Source: a virus. Taken from it: DNA of 36,607 nucleotides. The position numbers and the translations under genes were made by a program. This document shows, in pieces, positions 1-8,969 of this stretch. Below the pieces are notes generated by a model. It saw nothing but the letters and a program-made list of their open reading frames with translations. It had not been told where the DNA came from and ran no database searches. Where the stretch lies: the IMG/VR virus record IMGVR_UViG_3300006217_000229; one strand, given 5' to 3'. Each line of letters starts with the position of its first letter. Position 1 is the stretch's first letter.

Positions 1-1383
1 AACAGGAAAATATAAAGAATTTTTACCGTCTGAAAATTACATAACAATAAAAAAAGTGAAATATTATAATGGTGTTTTAGGGACAGAAAAAGGACATATA
101 CTGGAATTAGATGATAAAAATCCATTACTAAACGATGAGATAGCACAGAGTATTTATAATAAGATCATTAACCTTACATATATAAAATATACTTTAAAAC
201 ATACAAATCCTGACTTTGCGATGGATTGCGGAGATGGGGTATCAATAACGAATATAAAGAATGTAGAGTTTAGAAGCTATATCATGAAAAATGCTTGGGA
301 GTTTGATGGCGCTATTTCGCAGAATTGGGAAGCAAAAGGAGAAACTGAACTAGATAACTCATATTCTTCTAAAGGACCTATTACTCAAGAATTAGAAAGA
401 ATAGTAAAAGAAGAAATTCCAAGCGCAAAAGACGAAGCAATTTCTGTGGCAACTGAGCTTCTGACAAAATATAATGGTGGCTATGTCATAAAAAAAGATG
501 GAGAATTATTCATAGCTGATAACGAAGATTTAGATAAGGCACAACATGTGTGGAGATGGAATATAAATGGTTTAGGCTATTCTAGTACAGGAATAAAGGG
601 TCCATATCGGTTTAGCAATGACAATGGATGGTAAAATTGTTGCTGATTTTATTACGACAGGGACAATGAGTGCCGAGAGAATTAAACGGAGGTATGCTTA
701 GACTTGGAGGAGAGAACAATACAAATGGATCTATTCAAGTAGTAGATGCAGAAGGTAATGATTTAGTTAATATTAGTAAAGATGGACTAATACTGAATAA
801 TGGCGTTAAGCTAATAGGTAATGGAGGAGTTTTATCTAATTTACAGTTTAAGGCCTTTGGAGAAGGAAATCATGCTGGTGAATACTACTGGTTAGGCTTT
901 CTTGATACTTTTCAGGGAATTGATAAGTATAGTATGTTTATAGACATTTCAATTCCAGATAATTTCACAATTACTTCCGCTTATATAACTTTAAGACACA
1001 TTCCAATTGATGTAAATATGTCAGATGGTTCTGAAGTATATGGGTATGCAAGAAATGTGAAATGCTATTTGGCTGATATGGAAGCAGAAGCATATGTGTC
1101 AATGCAAGAGATGAGTGAATACTCAGCGCAAATAGATGGTATTAATTATGAAGAAATAGAAAATTGTTTTAATAATTCTAAAAATAGTTTTACTGCAGAG
1201 GTACCAAATAAAGATAAATTAAATATAACGGAGGTTATATCGGAAGATATTGGAGATAAAATACAAAAACACTGCAGAATAAAAATTGCGACAACAGATT
1301 CCACTCCTACTACTGCAAAGAATTGCTTTGCAAAAACTGGTTTCGTTTATGCTTTTATTAGTGTTTTTGGTTATTTGCAATAG
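1..1383 (+). CDS. Tail-tip / minor structural protein, C-terminal part (continues from 35872 across the circular junction); needs +1 shifts at in-frame CGG 608-610 and 687-689
   Basis: ORF pieces 56..634 and 670..1383 join through a short third-frame segment: ...STGIKGPY[G]LAMTMDGKIVADFITTGTMSAERIK[G]GMLRLGGENNTNG. This is the motif typical of phage minor structural and tail proteins. The frame from 36455 runs in phase into GTG 56. Confidence 0.8.
4..31. repeat. Terminal overlap copy 1 (identical to 36580-36607)
   Basis: The string aggaaaatataaagaatttttaccgtct is found at both window ends. This indicates circular assembly or terminal redundancy. Confidence 0.9.
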
Positions 1384-1389
1384 AAAGGA

Positions 1390-3016
1390 ATGGAATTTAA
1401 TATGAGTAAATTTACAGATTTTTTAAATCTTTTCAAATGGGACATTGAGACAGATGGGGAAGAAGAATTTAATATAGATAAGGCTTTAAATGAGAATTGG
1501 GACAAGATAAATAATAAGGTGAAGCAACATGTAAATAGTACAGATTTCATACATCAAAATGTAACACAGAATAAAGATGGATTTATGAGTAAAGAAGACA
1601 AACAAAAAATTGATGAAATAGAAGATAAAGCCCAAGTAAATAAAATTGAAAAAATAAAAAAGAATGGAAATGAATTGCCAATAGCAGATAAAGAGGTTGA
1701 TATTGAATTAGATAAGAACGATGTAGGATTAGGAAATGTTGATAATACTTCAGATGAGGACAAGCCAATTAGTAACTTGCAACAAGAAGAATTTAACAAC
1801 TTAGAACAAGCAATTAATGAATTAGATCCATCTAAGATAATTAATGAAGCAACAGAAGTAAATGATGAAGATTTGCTTTTAGTAGTACAAAATGGAGTAA
1901 AAAAGAAAGTACCAGCTAGTAAGGTAGGAACAGGAGGACCAGGAGGAACAGGAAACACCGTTATATATGATAAAGTCCCAATTGGTACAATTGTTGAATT
2001 TGGTGGAGAAAACGCTCCAATTGATTGGCTTATGTGTGATGGACAAGAAGTAAGCAGAACAACTTATTCAGAATTATTTGCAGTAATAGGAACGATTTAT
2101 GGCGAAGGGGATGGAAGTACAACATTTAATTTACCAGATTATCGTGGGAAAGTTGGTATTGGATTAGATAGTACAGATACTGATTTTGATAGTATTGGTA
2201 ATACGGGTGGAGAAAAAGAGCATCTTTTAGTTAAAGATGAAATTCCTGGGCATAGCCACTCAGTGAATGTTACAAAGTCAACAGGAGGAGATGGAACTGG
2301 TAGCTATGGTATTCAAATGAGACAATCAAATTCGTATTCAGGTGCAGATATATCGGAAAAAACAACTGCTAATAATTATAATGGAATATTAGTTAGTGGC
2401 GGGGGAGATCAATCTCACAACAACTTACAGCCCTATGTGGTAACAAATTATATTATAAAGGCAAAGAAGAGCGCAGTATCAGCAACAGGAGATATACTAC
2501 CCGTGCGGAAGTATTCATATATCCAGCACTAATGAAAACCCATCTGATAAGCTAGGAGGTACTTGGGAATTAATAGATAAAGAGTTTAAGTATTATACAG
2601 GGACTTTAACAGAAGGAACTCATTACGAAATAAACAATACTAATTGTGCGGGTGCTGCGGTAGTAATGCAAAGAGCAGGACACAACGTATGGCTTAGAAT
2701 TAATATAAAAAATAAAGTTGCGGTAGGAGATTCTTCACTAGAAATGCTTACTTTTGATTTTGAAAAAATGGGATTTAAAAACCTTTCTCATACAATCACT
2801 AATGGAATGGGGGCTAGTGATGGAGGTAATGGAATAGCTTTATATACATTAAATTATTCAACAGGAGTATTTGAAACTGTTGACTCAATCGTAAAAGGGA
2901 GTACAGCAAGTATGGCAGTGGATAGTCAATTATATTTTCATACCACACAGAATATAAATCCTGCCGTTATGGACGATTCTGTATGTGATAAATTCTATTG
3001 GGAAAGAACTGCGTAG
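1390..3016 (+). CDS. Tail fiber / receptor-binding protein with phage tail-collar domain; needs +1 shift at in-frame CGG 2506-2508 (alternative start ATG 1402)
   Basis: Collar-type motif: IDWLMCDGQEVSRTTYSELFAVIGTIYGEGDGSTTFNLPDYRGK. ORFs 1390..2532 and 2666..3016 are joined by an open frame from 2507: ...GDILPV[G]SIHISSTNENPSDKLGGTWELIDKEF. Confidence 0.8.
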
Positions 3017-3028
3017 GAGGTGTAAAAT

Positions 3029-3347
3029 ATGGACAATGTAAAGACTTTAGAAAGAATTGCTAGATTAGAGCAAAATGATAAATCAGCACAGCACCGACTA
3101 AGTGAGCTAGAAGAAGAAGTAAAAGAAAATAGAGAATTAACCATAGCAGTAAAAGAAATAGCAACAGAAATGAAATATCTAAGAGAAGAACAATCAAGTA
3201 TGAGAGATGAACAAGCAAATATGAATGATAGATTAAAAGTAATAGAAGAAAAACCAGCTAAAAACTGGGATAATTTAATAAAAATAATAATAACTCGGAT
3301 TTGCTACAGCAATTCTGGGTTATTTTTTAGCAAAATTAGGATTATAA
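3029..3347 (+). CDS. xhlA: XhlA-like lysis-associated membrane protein; needs +1 shift at in-frame CGG 3296-3298
   Basis: N-terminal coiled coil (LERIARLEQNDKSAQHRLSELEEEVKE). After the shift the C-terminus becomes a hydrophobic TM, ...NLIKIIIT[G]FATAILGYFLAKLGL*, as in the XhlA family. The new stop at 3345-3347 sits just before the RBS of the next gene. Confidence 0.75.
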
Positions 3348-3360
3348 AGGAGTGAAGATT

Positions 3361-4899
3361 ATGGACAGAATAGATAAAAAGAAAGTAATAATAACAGCAA
3401 TTGTAACATTAGTATTAACAATTGCAGGAATGATATTTGGAATTACATATACTGATAATGATATAAAAGAAATATCAGAAGGTATAGAAACAGTAGTAAA
3501 TATAGTAGACAACCAATCTACTACAGAAATTCCAGAATTGTATTTAGAAGATGAGCAAAATCTTGAAGAGCAAGAAGTAGAAAGCGAATCTTTTGAATTG
3601 CAACGGAGAAATTGCTTATAATGGTTCTAGTGAATACCCAAATATAAAATTGGGGAATTATTCAGGACTTACATATTATTCACAAATAGATTCTCGTTGG
3701 AAAAATAAATTATATACAAGTACAAATAACCAAACTCAAACAATGGGAAGTTCAGCATGTGGACCAACATGTCGGAGCAATGGTGGTGTCAAGTATTCGA
3801 GGGAATATTACACCACCAGAGATGGCTGATTTATATGTAAAATATGGATTTAGAAGTGCTTCTAATGGAACATATTGGTCTGCGTTCAGATGGACAGCAG
3901 ATGTGTTTGATATAAATTATAAAGAAACAATATACTTAGATGAAGCATGTAAATTGTTACAAGATAATTATTATCTGATAGTAGCTTGTGGAAATGGTCT
4001 TTTTACAACTCGGAGGACATTTCATAATGCTTTATGATTATGATGGTAAATATATAAAAGTATATGATCCATATTTGTATAGCGGCAAATTCAATACATC
4101 CACACGTAGAGGAAAAGCGATTGTAGATGGAAATACCGTATTAGTAACAAAAGATAATTTTAGAAATTATGCTAATTATGGAACATTCTTTGCTTTCAAA
4201 AATGATAGAACAAATAAAAAAGAAAATACTAATACAAATGTAACAACAGCAACATATACAAGATATGTAAAAGTAAATTCTAGCTTAAACGTTAGAAGAG
4301 GACCTGGAACTAACTATTCATATGTAAAAAGTTTATACAATGGAAATAAAGTAACAGTATACGAAGAAAAAGGCAACTGGAGCAAAATTGGAACAAATGA
4401 ATGGGTATGTTCTGATTATTTAACAAATAGTAATATCGCTGTAAAAACTAATACAAATACACCAATTAACAACACAAATATTAAAAATACCGTTGGAGAA
4501 TATAGAAAACTAAAAGCGACAACAAATTTATATTCTAAATCAAATCTAACTGGAACAGTATATACATACTTAAAAAATACAGAAGTTAAGATACTTAAGA
4601 ATATTAGTTCAACTGTAGATTACGTTTATATAAAAGCAACAAATAGATATGCATACATTAAGACATCAGCATACACAAATTCTAACAAGATAGTTACTGC
4701 ATCAAATAGCCTAGCAGGGCAAACTAAAGTATTTAAATCTAATACAACTATATATGCTTATAGCACGATGCAGGGAAAATACTATAGCTATTTGCCAAAC
4801 ACAAGAGTACAAGTATTAAAAGATTTGGGTAATATAGATTATATATACGTAAAAGCAACAAATAGATACGGCTATGTATATGAAAGTGTGTATAAATAA
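3361..4899 (+). CDS. Endolysin: N-terminal TM anchor, C39-like cysteine peptidase domain, C-terminal SH3b repeats; needs +1 shifts at in-frame CGG 3604, 3773 and 4011
   Basis: AGGAG lies 8 nt before ATG 3361. TM segment: VIITAIVTLVLTIAGMIFGI. Junctions: ...SFELQ[G]EIAYNG, ...SSACGPTC[G]AMVVSSIRG, ...GLFTT[G]GHFIMLYDYDG. SH3b-like segment: YVKVNSSLNVRRGPGTNYSYVKSLYNGNKVTVYEEKGNWSKI. Confidence 0.8.
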
Positions 4900-4975
4900 A
4901 ATATTGAAAGTATAACAAAATAATGCTATAATAAATATAGAAATAAACTTTATAGATTAAGTTTATTGGGGGCAA

Positions 4976-5009
4976 GAGGCTAGTCGAGTTAAAGGCTAGT
5001 CTCTTTTTT
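4976..5009 (+). terminator. Rho-independent terminator after the lysis cassette
   Basis: 8-bp stem gaggctag/ctagtctc, 12-nt loop, then a T6 run. Confidence 0.7.
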
Positions 5010-5010
5010 A

Positions 5011-5039
5011 TTGCAATTTTACAAATAATAAAGTATAAT
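5011..5039 (+). promoter_or_regulatory. SigA-type promoter for the Spo0E-like moron
   Basis: TTGCAA (5011-5016), 17-nt spacer, TATAAT (5034-5039). Confidence 0.65.
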
Positions 5040-5076
5040 TACTCTAAAAGTTATTAAATAACTTAAGGAGTATAAA

Positions 5077-5454
5077 ATGAAAAAGAAGAACATATATTTA
5101 GAAATAAGAAAGCTAAGAAAAAAATTAGATAAGAGTGTAGAGAAAAACGGAACAGAAGCAGAAGAGACAAAAAGAATATCGCATGAGATGGATCAACTAG
5201 TAAATGAATATTATGAAAGTAGAAAGATAAGAGATTACCCAGAATGGAGCGAATTTGTTGATTACTACAAAGACTCATATGAAGCATTAAAGAAAGTAAC
5301 AAAAGAATTTAATGAATTTCCCACTGTGCATGCTTGGGACAAATTCGCACAAGAAAATAATTATCTCAGTTGCACTTCAATTCAATATATATCTAAACTC
5401 GATTGGCATAAATTAAGAACAAAAATACAAGCTGAAATCAATGCTAAAATTTAA
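5077..5454 (+). CDS. Spo0E-like sporulation regulatory (aspartyl-phosphate phosphatase family) protein with extra C-terminal domain
   Basis: The N-terminal helix-hairpin carries the family signature region ISHEMDQLVNEYY (compare the SQELDxLI motif). The gene has its own promoter and terminator and lies in the moron position between lysis and attP. Confidence 0.6.
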   Translation: MKKKNIYLEIRKLRKKLDKSVEKNGTEAEETKRISHEMDQLVNEYYESRKIRDYPEWSEFVDYYKDSYEALKKVTKEFNEFPTVHAWDKFAQENNYLSCTSIQYISKLDWHKLRTKIQAEINAKI

Positions 5455-5478
5455 TTAAAAAAATTTAAAAAACTTTTT

Positions 5479-5509
5479 CCGCTGTTTGCAATGCTTACAG
5501 CGGTTTTTT
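5479..5509 (+). terminator. Rho-independent terminator
   Basis: Stem ccgctgt/acagcgg followed by T6. Confidence 0.8.
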
Positions 5510-5822
5510 GTCGAAAATGGGGTTTGCGATTTATATTTACTACATGATACAATTTTAACAGATATGAAAAATATATTTTAATTAAAAAAAATAAAATTAA
5601 ATTATAAAAAACTTTTGTAACTGTTGATACTGTAAGAAAAGAAATAATGAAAAATCTTTCTGTTCAATGTTGACTTTTAAAATATGTTTATAATATCATT
5701 TTTATATAAGAAAAGAGATAGCCCACTCGCAATGGAAAACTATCTCTAATCACGAATACTCATCAATGGAGTATATATTCATTTTATACTTCATTGATGC
5801 AAATGTCAATGGAGGTATGTAT

Positions 5823-5963
5823 ATGGAAAAATTAATTGTAGAAGAGAGTGAGATTATCAAAGAGGAAGATTATCAAAGAATTAAAAAAGAGATAAATAAA
5901 AAAGATAATTGGTTCACGAAAGAGGAGATGTTTGGACTTACGGAATTTTACAGAAAAAATTAG
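5823..5963 (+). CDS. Hypothetical small protein (46 aa)
   Basis: GGAGG RBS precedes ATG 5823. The ORF track entry 5766..5963 is trimmed to this start. Confidence 0.4.
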   Translation: MEKLIVEESEIIKEEDYQRIKKEINKKDNWFTKEEMFGLTEFYRKN

Positions 5964-5980
5964 CGTAATTTTAGCGTAAT
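5960..5980. repeat. Tandem TTAGCGTAAT x2, putative integrase arm-type sites (left of attP core)
   Basis: ttagcgtaat occurs at 5960-5969 and 5971-5980. The same tandem pair recurs at 6192-6212 on the other side of the tRNA-derived core. Confidence 0.6.
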
Positions 5981-6099
5981 TTATATGCAAAAGTAGGTAT
6001 TTTTATGCTTTACCATGCAGTTGTAAAATGTACATTGAGGCTTAGGGTACCAATAGATACATTGAATTTATAGTAGAATGGGAAGAACTCGAAAAAGTT

Positions 6100-6144
6100 C
6101 TCATAACCCGAAGGTCGATAGTTCGAGTCTATCCCCCGCAACCA
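6100..6144 (+). tRNA. Truncated tRNA-Met (anticodon CAT, initiator-like) 3' segment; putative attP core, not a functional tRNA
   Basis: ctcataacccgaaggtcgatagttcgagtctatcccccgcaacca matches the anticodon loop, variable region, T-arm and CCCCGCAACCA acceptor end of initiator tRNA. No D-arm, 5' acceptor or 5' anticodon stem lies upstream. Confidence 0.75.
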
Positions 6145-6154
6145 CTAATACCAA

Positions 6155-6186
6155 AGGTTCTAGCGATTTGTTAGAACCTCATTTTT
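6155..6186 (+). terminator. Terminator hairpin carried with the tRNA-derived attP segment
   Basis: Stem aggttcta/tagaacct, 9-nt loop, then a T5 run. Confidence 0.6.
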
Positions 6187-6191
6187 ATATT

Positions 6192-6212
6192 TTAGCGTAA
6201 TTTTAGCGTAAT
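6192..6212. repeat. Tandem TTAGCGTAAT x2, putative integrase arm-type sites (right of attP core)
   Basis: ttagcgtaat occurs at 6192-6201 and 6203-6212, immediately upstream of the integrase stop. Confidence 0.6.
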
Positions 6213-6224
6213 ATGGTGTAAAAA

Positions 6225-7295
6225 TTAAAACAAGTTTTCTAAAACTTCACTTGCTTTTTTATCTTCCTCGGGTATTTCATCTAAATAATAATTTACACCA
6301 GTTGAAGGTAAATGCCCTAATCTTTTGGCAGCATTTACGACATCTATTCCTTTGTTAACTAATATACTTTCATTTAATGGTCTTAGATCTTTTAATTTTA
6401 TTACTCTCAAGTTATTATCTTTTAAGAACTGTTTGAAATTTTTTGAAAACGTGTCTGGATGCATAGTAAATAGTTTTGTACTTTTGTCAGGTCTTCCTAA
6501 ATAATTATAGTATTCTTCTACTTTTTTAATATAAGATTTAGGAACATAGAATAATCTATTCTTTCCAGTTTTTATATCTTTTTCTTGAGTTCCTCCATTT
6601 ACTTTTATTTTATTTGAGTTAAAATCTATAGAACATATTTCAAAGTCAAAATCTTCAAAAGCTAATCCTATAACTTCTCCACGTCTTGCACCTGTATAAA
6701 AAGAAGTATATGTTGCAATTTGAAGCTCTTTATCTTCTAAAAGTTCTAATTTTTCTAAGAACTCTTTTACTTCTTCATAAGAATATAAAATAACTTTCTT
6801 TTTTCGCTTTTCAAAATTTTTAGGTATATTAACTTTGTCAGCTACATTATATTCTATGTAATCCCACTCAACAGCCTTACTTAAAATTGATGAGATTAGC
6901 TTTATATAGTTTGTCGCAGTTTTAGAAGATAAATTATATTCCTTGACTAATTTATTCGCAAATTCTTGAATTTGAAGCCTCTTAATTTTATTTAATTTCA
7001 TTCGACCTATTTCATCTAATATGTATTTGTTCAGTCTGGATTTATAGTCTTGTAATGTAGTAGGCGATAAGTTATCTGTTGCATACTTATCTATAAATAA
7101 TTGAGCAAATTCTGTAAAAGTCATTCCGTTATCTTTTCTATATATACCTTTTTCCACTTCTGTAACAAATAAAGATAACTTTTTATCAGCTTCTGTAGTA
7201 GAGTTAGCTGTAACATATTGACTATATCTTTCTCCATCGCACATATATTCTAATCGCCATCTATTATTTCCAGTTTTTCTTTTAGTTCCAGCCAT
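6225..7295 (-). CDS. int: Tyrosine integrase
   Basis: 356 aa. It has an N-terminal SAM-like core-binding region and a catalytic region with TGARRGEVIGL and LGH...Y. It is adjacent to the tRNA-derived attP. Confidence 0.9.
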   Translation of the reverse strand: MAGTKRKTGNNRWRLEYMCDGERYSQYVTANSTTEADKKLSLFVTEVEKGIYRKDNGMTFTEFAQLFIDKYATDNLSPTTLQDYKSRLNKYILDEIGRMKLNKIKRLQIQEFANKLVKEYNLSSKTATNYIKLISSILSKAVEWDYIEYNVADKVNIPKNFEKRKKKVILYSYEEVKEFLEKLELLEDKELQIATYTSFYTGARRGEVIGLAFEDFDFEICSIDFNSNKIKVNGGTQEKDIKTGKNRLFYVPKSYIKKVEEYYNYLGRPDKSTKLFTMHPDTFSKNFKQFLKDNNLRVIKLKDLRPLNESILVNKGIDVVNAAKRLGHLPSTGVNYYLDEIPEEDKKASEVLENLF

Positions 7296-8269
7296 TATTT
7301 CATCTCCATTTTACCAATGTATTTACCGATTACTTTTATTTCTGTATCTTTTCCATATACTTGTGTTTCAAATGAATTATCTGTACTCTGGGGCTCTAAT
7401 ATAATTAAATCTCCCTGTTTGCTAAATTTCTTTAAAGTAGCATCATAACCATTTACTAATACAACTGCTATTTCTCCATTTTCTACAAAATCTGTTTTTC
7501 TTATAAGTGCATAGGCACCGTTTTTAATGACTTTGTTCATACTTTCCCCATTTACGCGTAAGAAGATACATTCCTCTGGGTTAGTAATGTTCATCATATC
7601 TGGATCAATAGGTAATCTTCCTTCAATACATTCTTCAGCCCAATTTGGTTGTCCCGCACTTATACGGCCATATACTGGACACATGTAGAATTTAGAAGAT
7701 TTGCTAATGCTTGAAGGTGATGTTGAGTAGCGCATAGAATAAATTTTATCTCTTAAATTTTTCGACTGTAAACAATATTGTATAAAAAACAGTAATTTTT
7801 TTTCAATTTTTCTCTTAGAGTTTTCAGTAAGAAAATCCATGTTATCAAAATAAGGCTGGATTTCTTTTCGTATTTCATTTTCAGTTAAATTATCAAGAGA
7901 ATATATATCAATTATTTCGCATAAATCTTTATAAATTTCTTGGTCTTCTACTGAAAGATCTATGGAAGAAATTATATCTAGAAAATTTTCTTCTAGTTGC
8001 TCATAGAAATCCTTTAGAGTTTCTATTTCTAATAAATTAGAATCAGTATATCCACAAATTTTCATTAAATCAGTATAAGTAACAATTCCATTGGAAGCTA
8101 TAGATAATTTTTGTAGAATTTTTGGTTTAGGTGGTTCTTCTAATTTCATATTCATATATTGAGATAGGTATGTTCTATTAATCCCAGACTTTTTGGAAAA
8201 ATCTCTTTGGCTATCATAATTTTCGTTGATGTTTTTTAAAATTTGTGCAAATTTATTTTTATTAAACAT
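7295..8269 (-). CDS. CI-like repressor: XRE HTH plus S24 (LexA-like) peptidase domain
   Basis: HTH: QRDFSKKSGINRTYLSQYM. S24 region: VYGRISAGQPNW...FLRVNGESMNKVIKNGAYALI...ATLKKF. GGGAGG RBS precedes the ATG at 8269. Its stop overlaps the int start. Confidence 0.85.
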   Translation of the reverse strand: MFNKNKFAQILKNINENYDSQRDFSKKSGINRTYLSQYMNMKLEEPPKPKILQKLSIASNGIVTYTDLMKICGYTDSNLLEIETLKDFYEQLEENFLDIISSIDLSVEDQEIYKDLCEIIDIYSLDNLTENEIRKEIQPYFDNMDFLTENSKRKIEKKLLFFIQYCLQSKNLRDKIYSMRYSTSPSSISKSSKFYMCPVYGRISAGQPNWAEECIEGRLPIDPDMMNITNPEECIFLRVNGESMNKVIKNGAYALIRKTDFVENGEIAVVLVNGYDATLKKFSKQGDLIILEPQSTDNSFETQVYGKDTEIKVIGKYIGKMEMK

Positions 8270-8299
8270 ATATAACCCTCCCTTAAAACTCTCTATTAT

Positions 8300-8328
8300 A
8301 GTATAAATCAAGGGTTTAGAAAAGTCAA
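8300..8328 (-). promoter_or_regulatory. Leftward promoter for the repressor
   Basis: On the minus strand: TTGACT (8328-8323), 17-nt spacer, TATACT (8305-8300). Confidence 0.55.
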
Positions 8329-8359
8329 CAAAACTGTTAAAAAAAGTTGACCAAAAGTA

Positions 8360-8388
8360 TTGACATTCAAAATGTTATTTAGTATAAT
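8360..8388 (+). promoter_or_regulatory. Rightward early promoter (consensus SigA)
   Basis: TTGACA (8360-8365), 17-nt spacer, TATAAT (8383-8388). Confidence 0.75.
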
Positions 8389-8432
8389 GCAAATGGTTAG
8401 AAAAAATTAACCAAAAACAAGGAGGCGAAAAA

Positions 8433-8648
8433 ATGGAAATAAATATAGAAGAATTATTGCAATTATTAAAAAATAGATTTGAAGGCAATCAAGCTAAGAT
8501 GGCAAGAGTTCTAGGCGTTAATCGATACCAATTGAATATGGTTTTAAACAATAATGGAAAATGTGCAGGTAAAAAAATAATTGGCGCTATTATTAAGTAT
8601 TGTGATATTAATGAGCTAGATTTTCATAAATATATTTTTTTGCAATAG
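8433..8648 (+). CDS. Cro-like XRE-family HTH regulator
   Basis: 71 aa with HTH NQAKMARVLGVNRYQLNMVLN. It is divergent from the repressor and has a GGAGG RBS. Confidence 0.7.
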   Translation: MEINIEELLQLLKNRFEGNQAKMARVLGVNRYQLNMVLNNNGKCAGKKIIGAIIKYCDINELDFHKYIFLQ

Positions 8649-8683
8649 TTAGTTAAAAAAAATTAACCAAAGAAGGGATGTGT

Positions 8684-8969
8684 ATGGAACAAAATTTATT
8701 AACAATAGAAGAAGTAAAAGAATATTTCAAAATAAAAGACACAAGAACAATTAACAAATTCATACAACAAGGGCTTAAATATGTTCCAGTTCGGAACTAG
8801 AGATAAAAGATTTGACCCTAAAGACTTAAAAGAATTTGTTGAAATACAAAAGCAAACAACACAATTTGATTTAGACATCAAACCAGTTAAAAGAAAAACA
8901 AAATCTAAGACAATAAATATAGATTTTCAAAAAAGAAAAATTAATCTTGAAATGAATAGAGTAGTCTAG
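8684..8969 (+). CDS. Excisionase-family HTH DNA-binding protein; needs +1 shift at in-frame CGG 8792-8794
   Basis: The sequence MEQNLLTIEEVKEYFKIKDTRTINKFIQQGLKYVPV[G]TRDKRFDPKDLKEFVE matches the excisionase/MerR-type winged-helix pattern. The unshifted frame stops two codons after the CGG. Confidence 0.7.

Noticed and set aside
1554-1958. Antisense ORFs in the track, for example 1554..1958, 9415..9729, 10715..10996, 15835..16233, 21677..22099, 25428..25874, 27405..27701, 31154..31570, 33260..34033 and 34388..34738 on the minus strand
   Set aside because: They are shadow ORFs opposite well-supported plus-strand genes. They have low-complexity or hydrophobic composition typical of AT-rich antisense frames, with no RBS or promoter context.
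5715-5748. Hairpin agagatag...ctatctct in the non-coding region before ORF 5823
   Set aside because: It is an 8-bp stem with an 18-nt loop and no U-tract, and I recognised no riboswitch or sRNA. There is too little evidence to assign a function.
6061-6144. A complete tRNA-Met gene
   Set aside because: Only the anticodon loop to 3' end is present. The upstream sequence cannot form the 5' acceptor, D-arm or 5' anticodon stem. This fits an attP core rather than a functional tRNA, and no other tRNA-like sequence that could decode CGG was seen.
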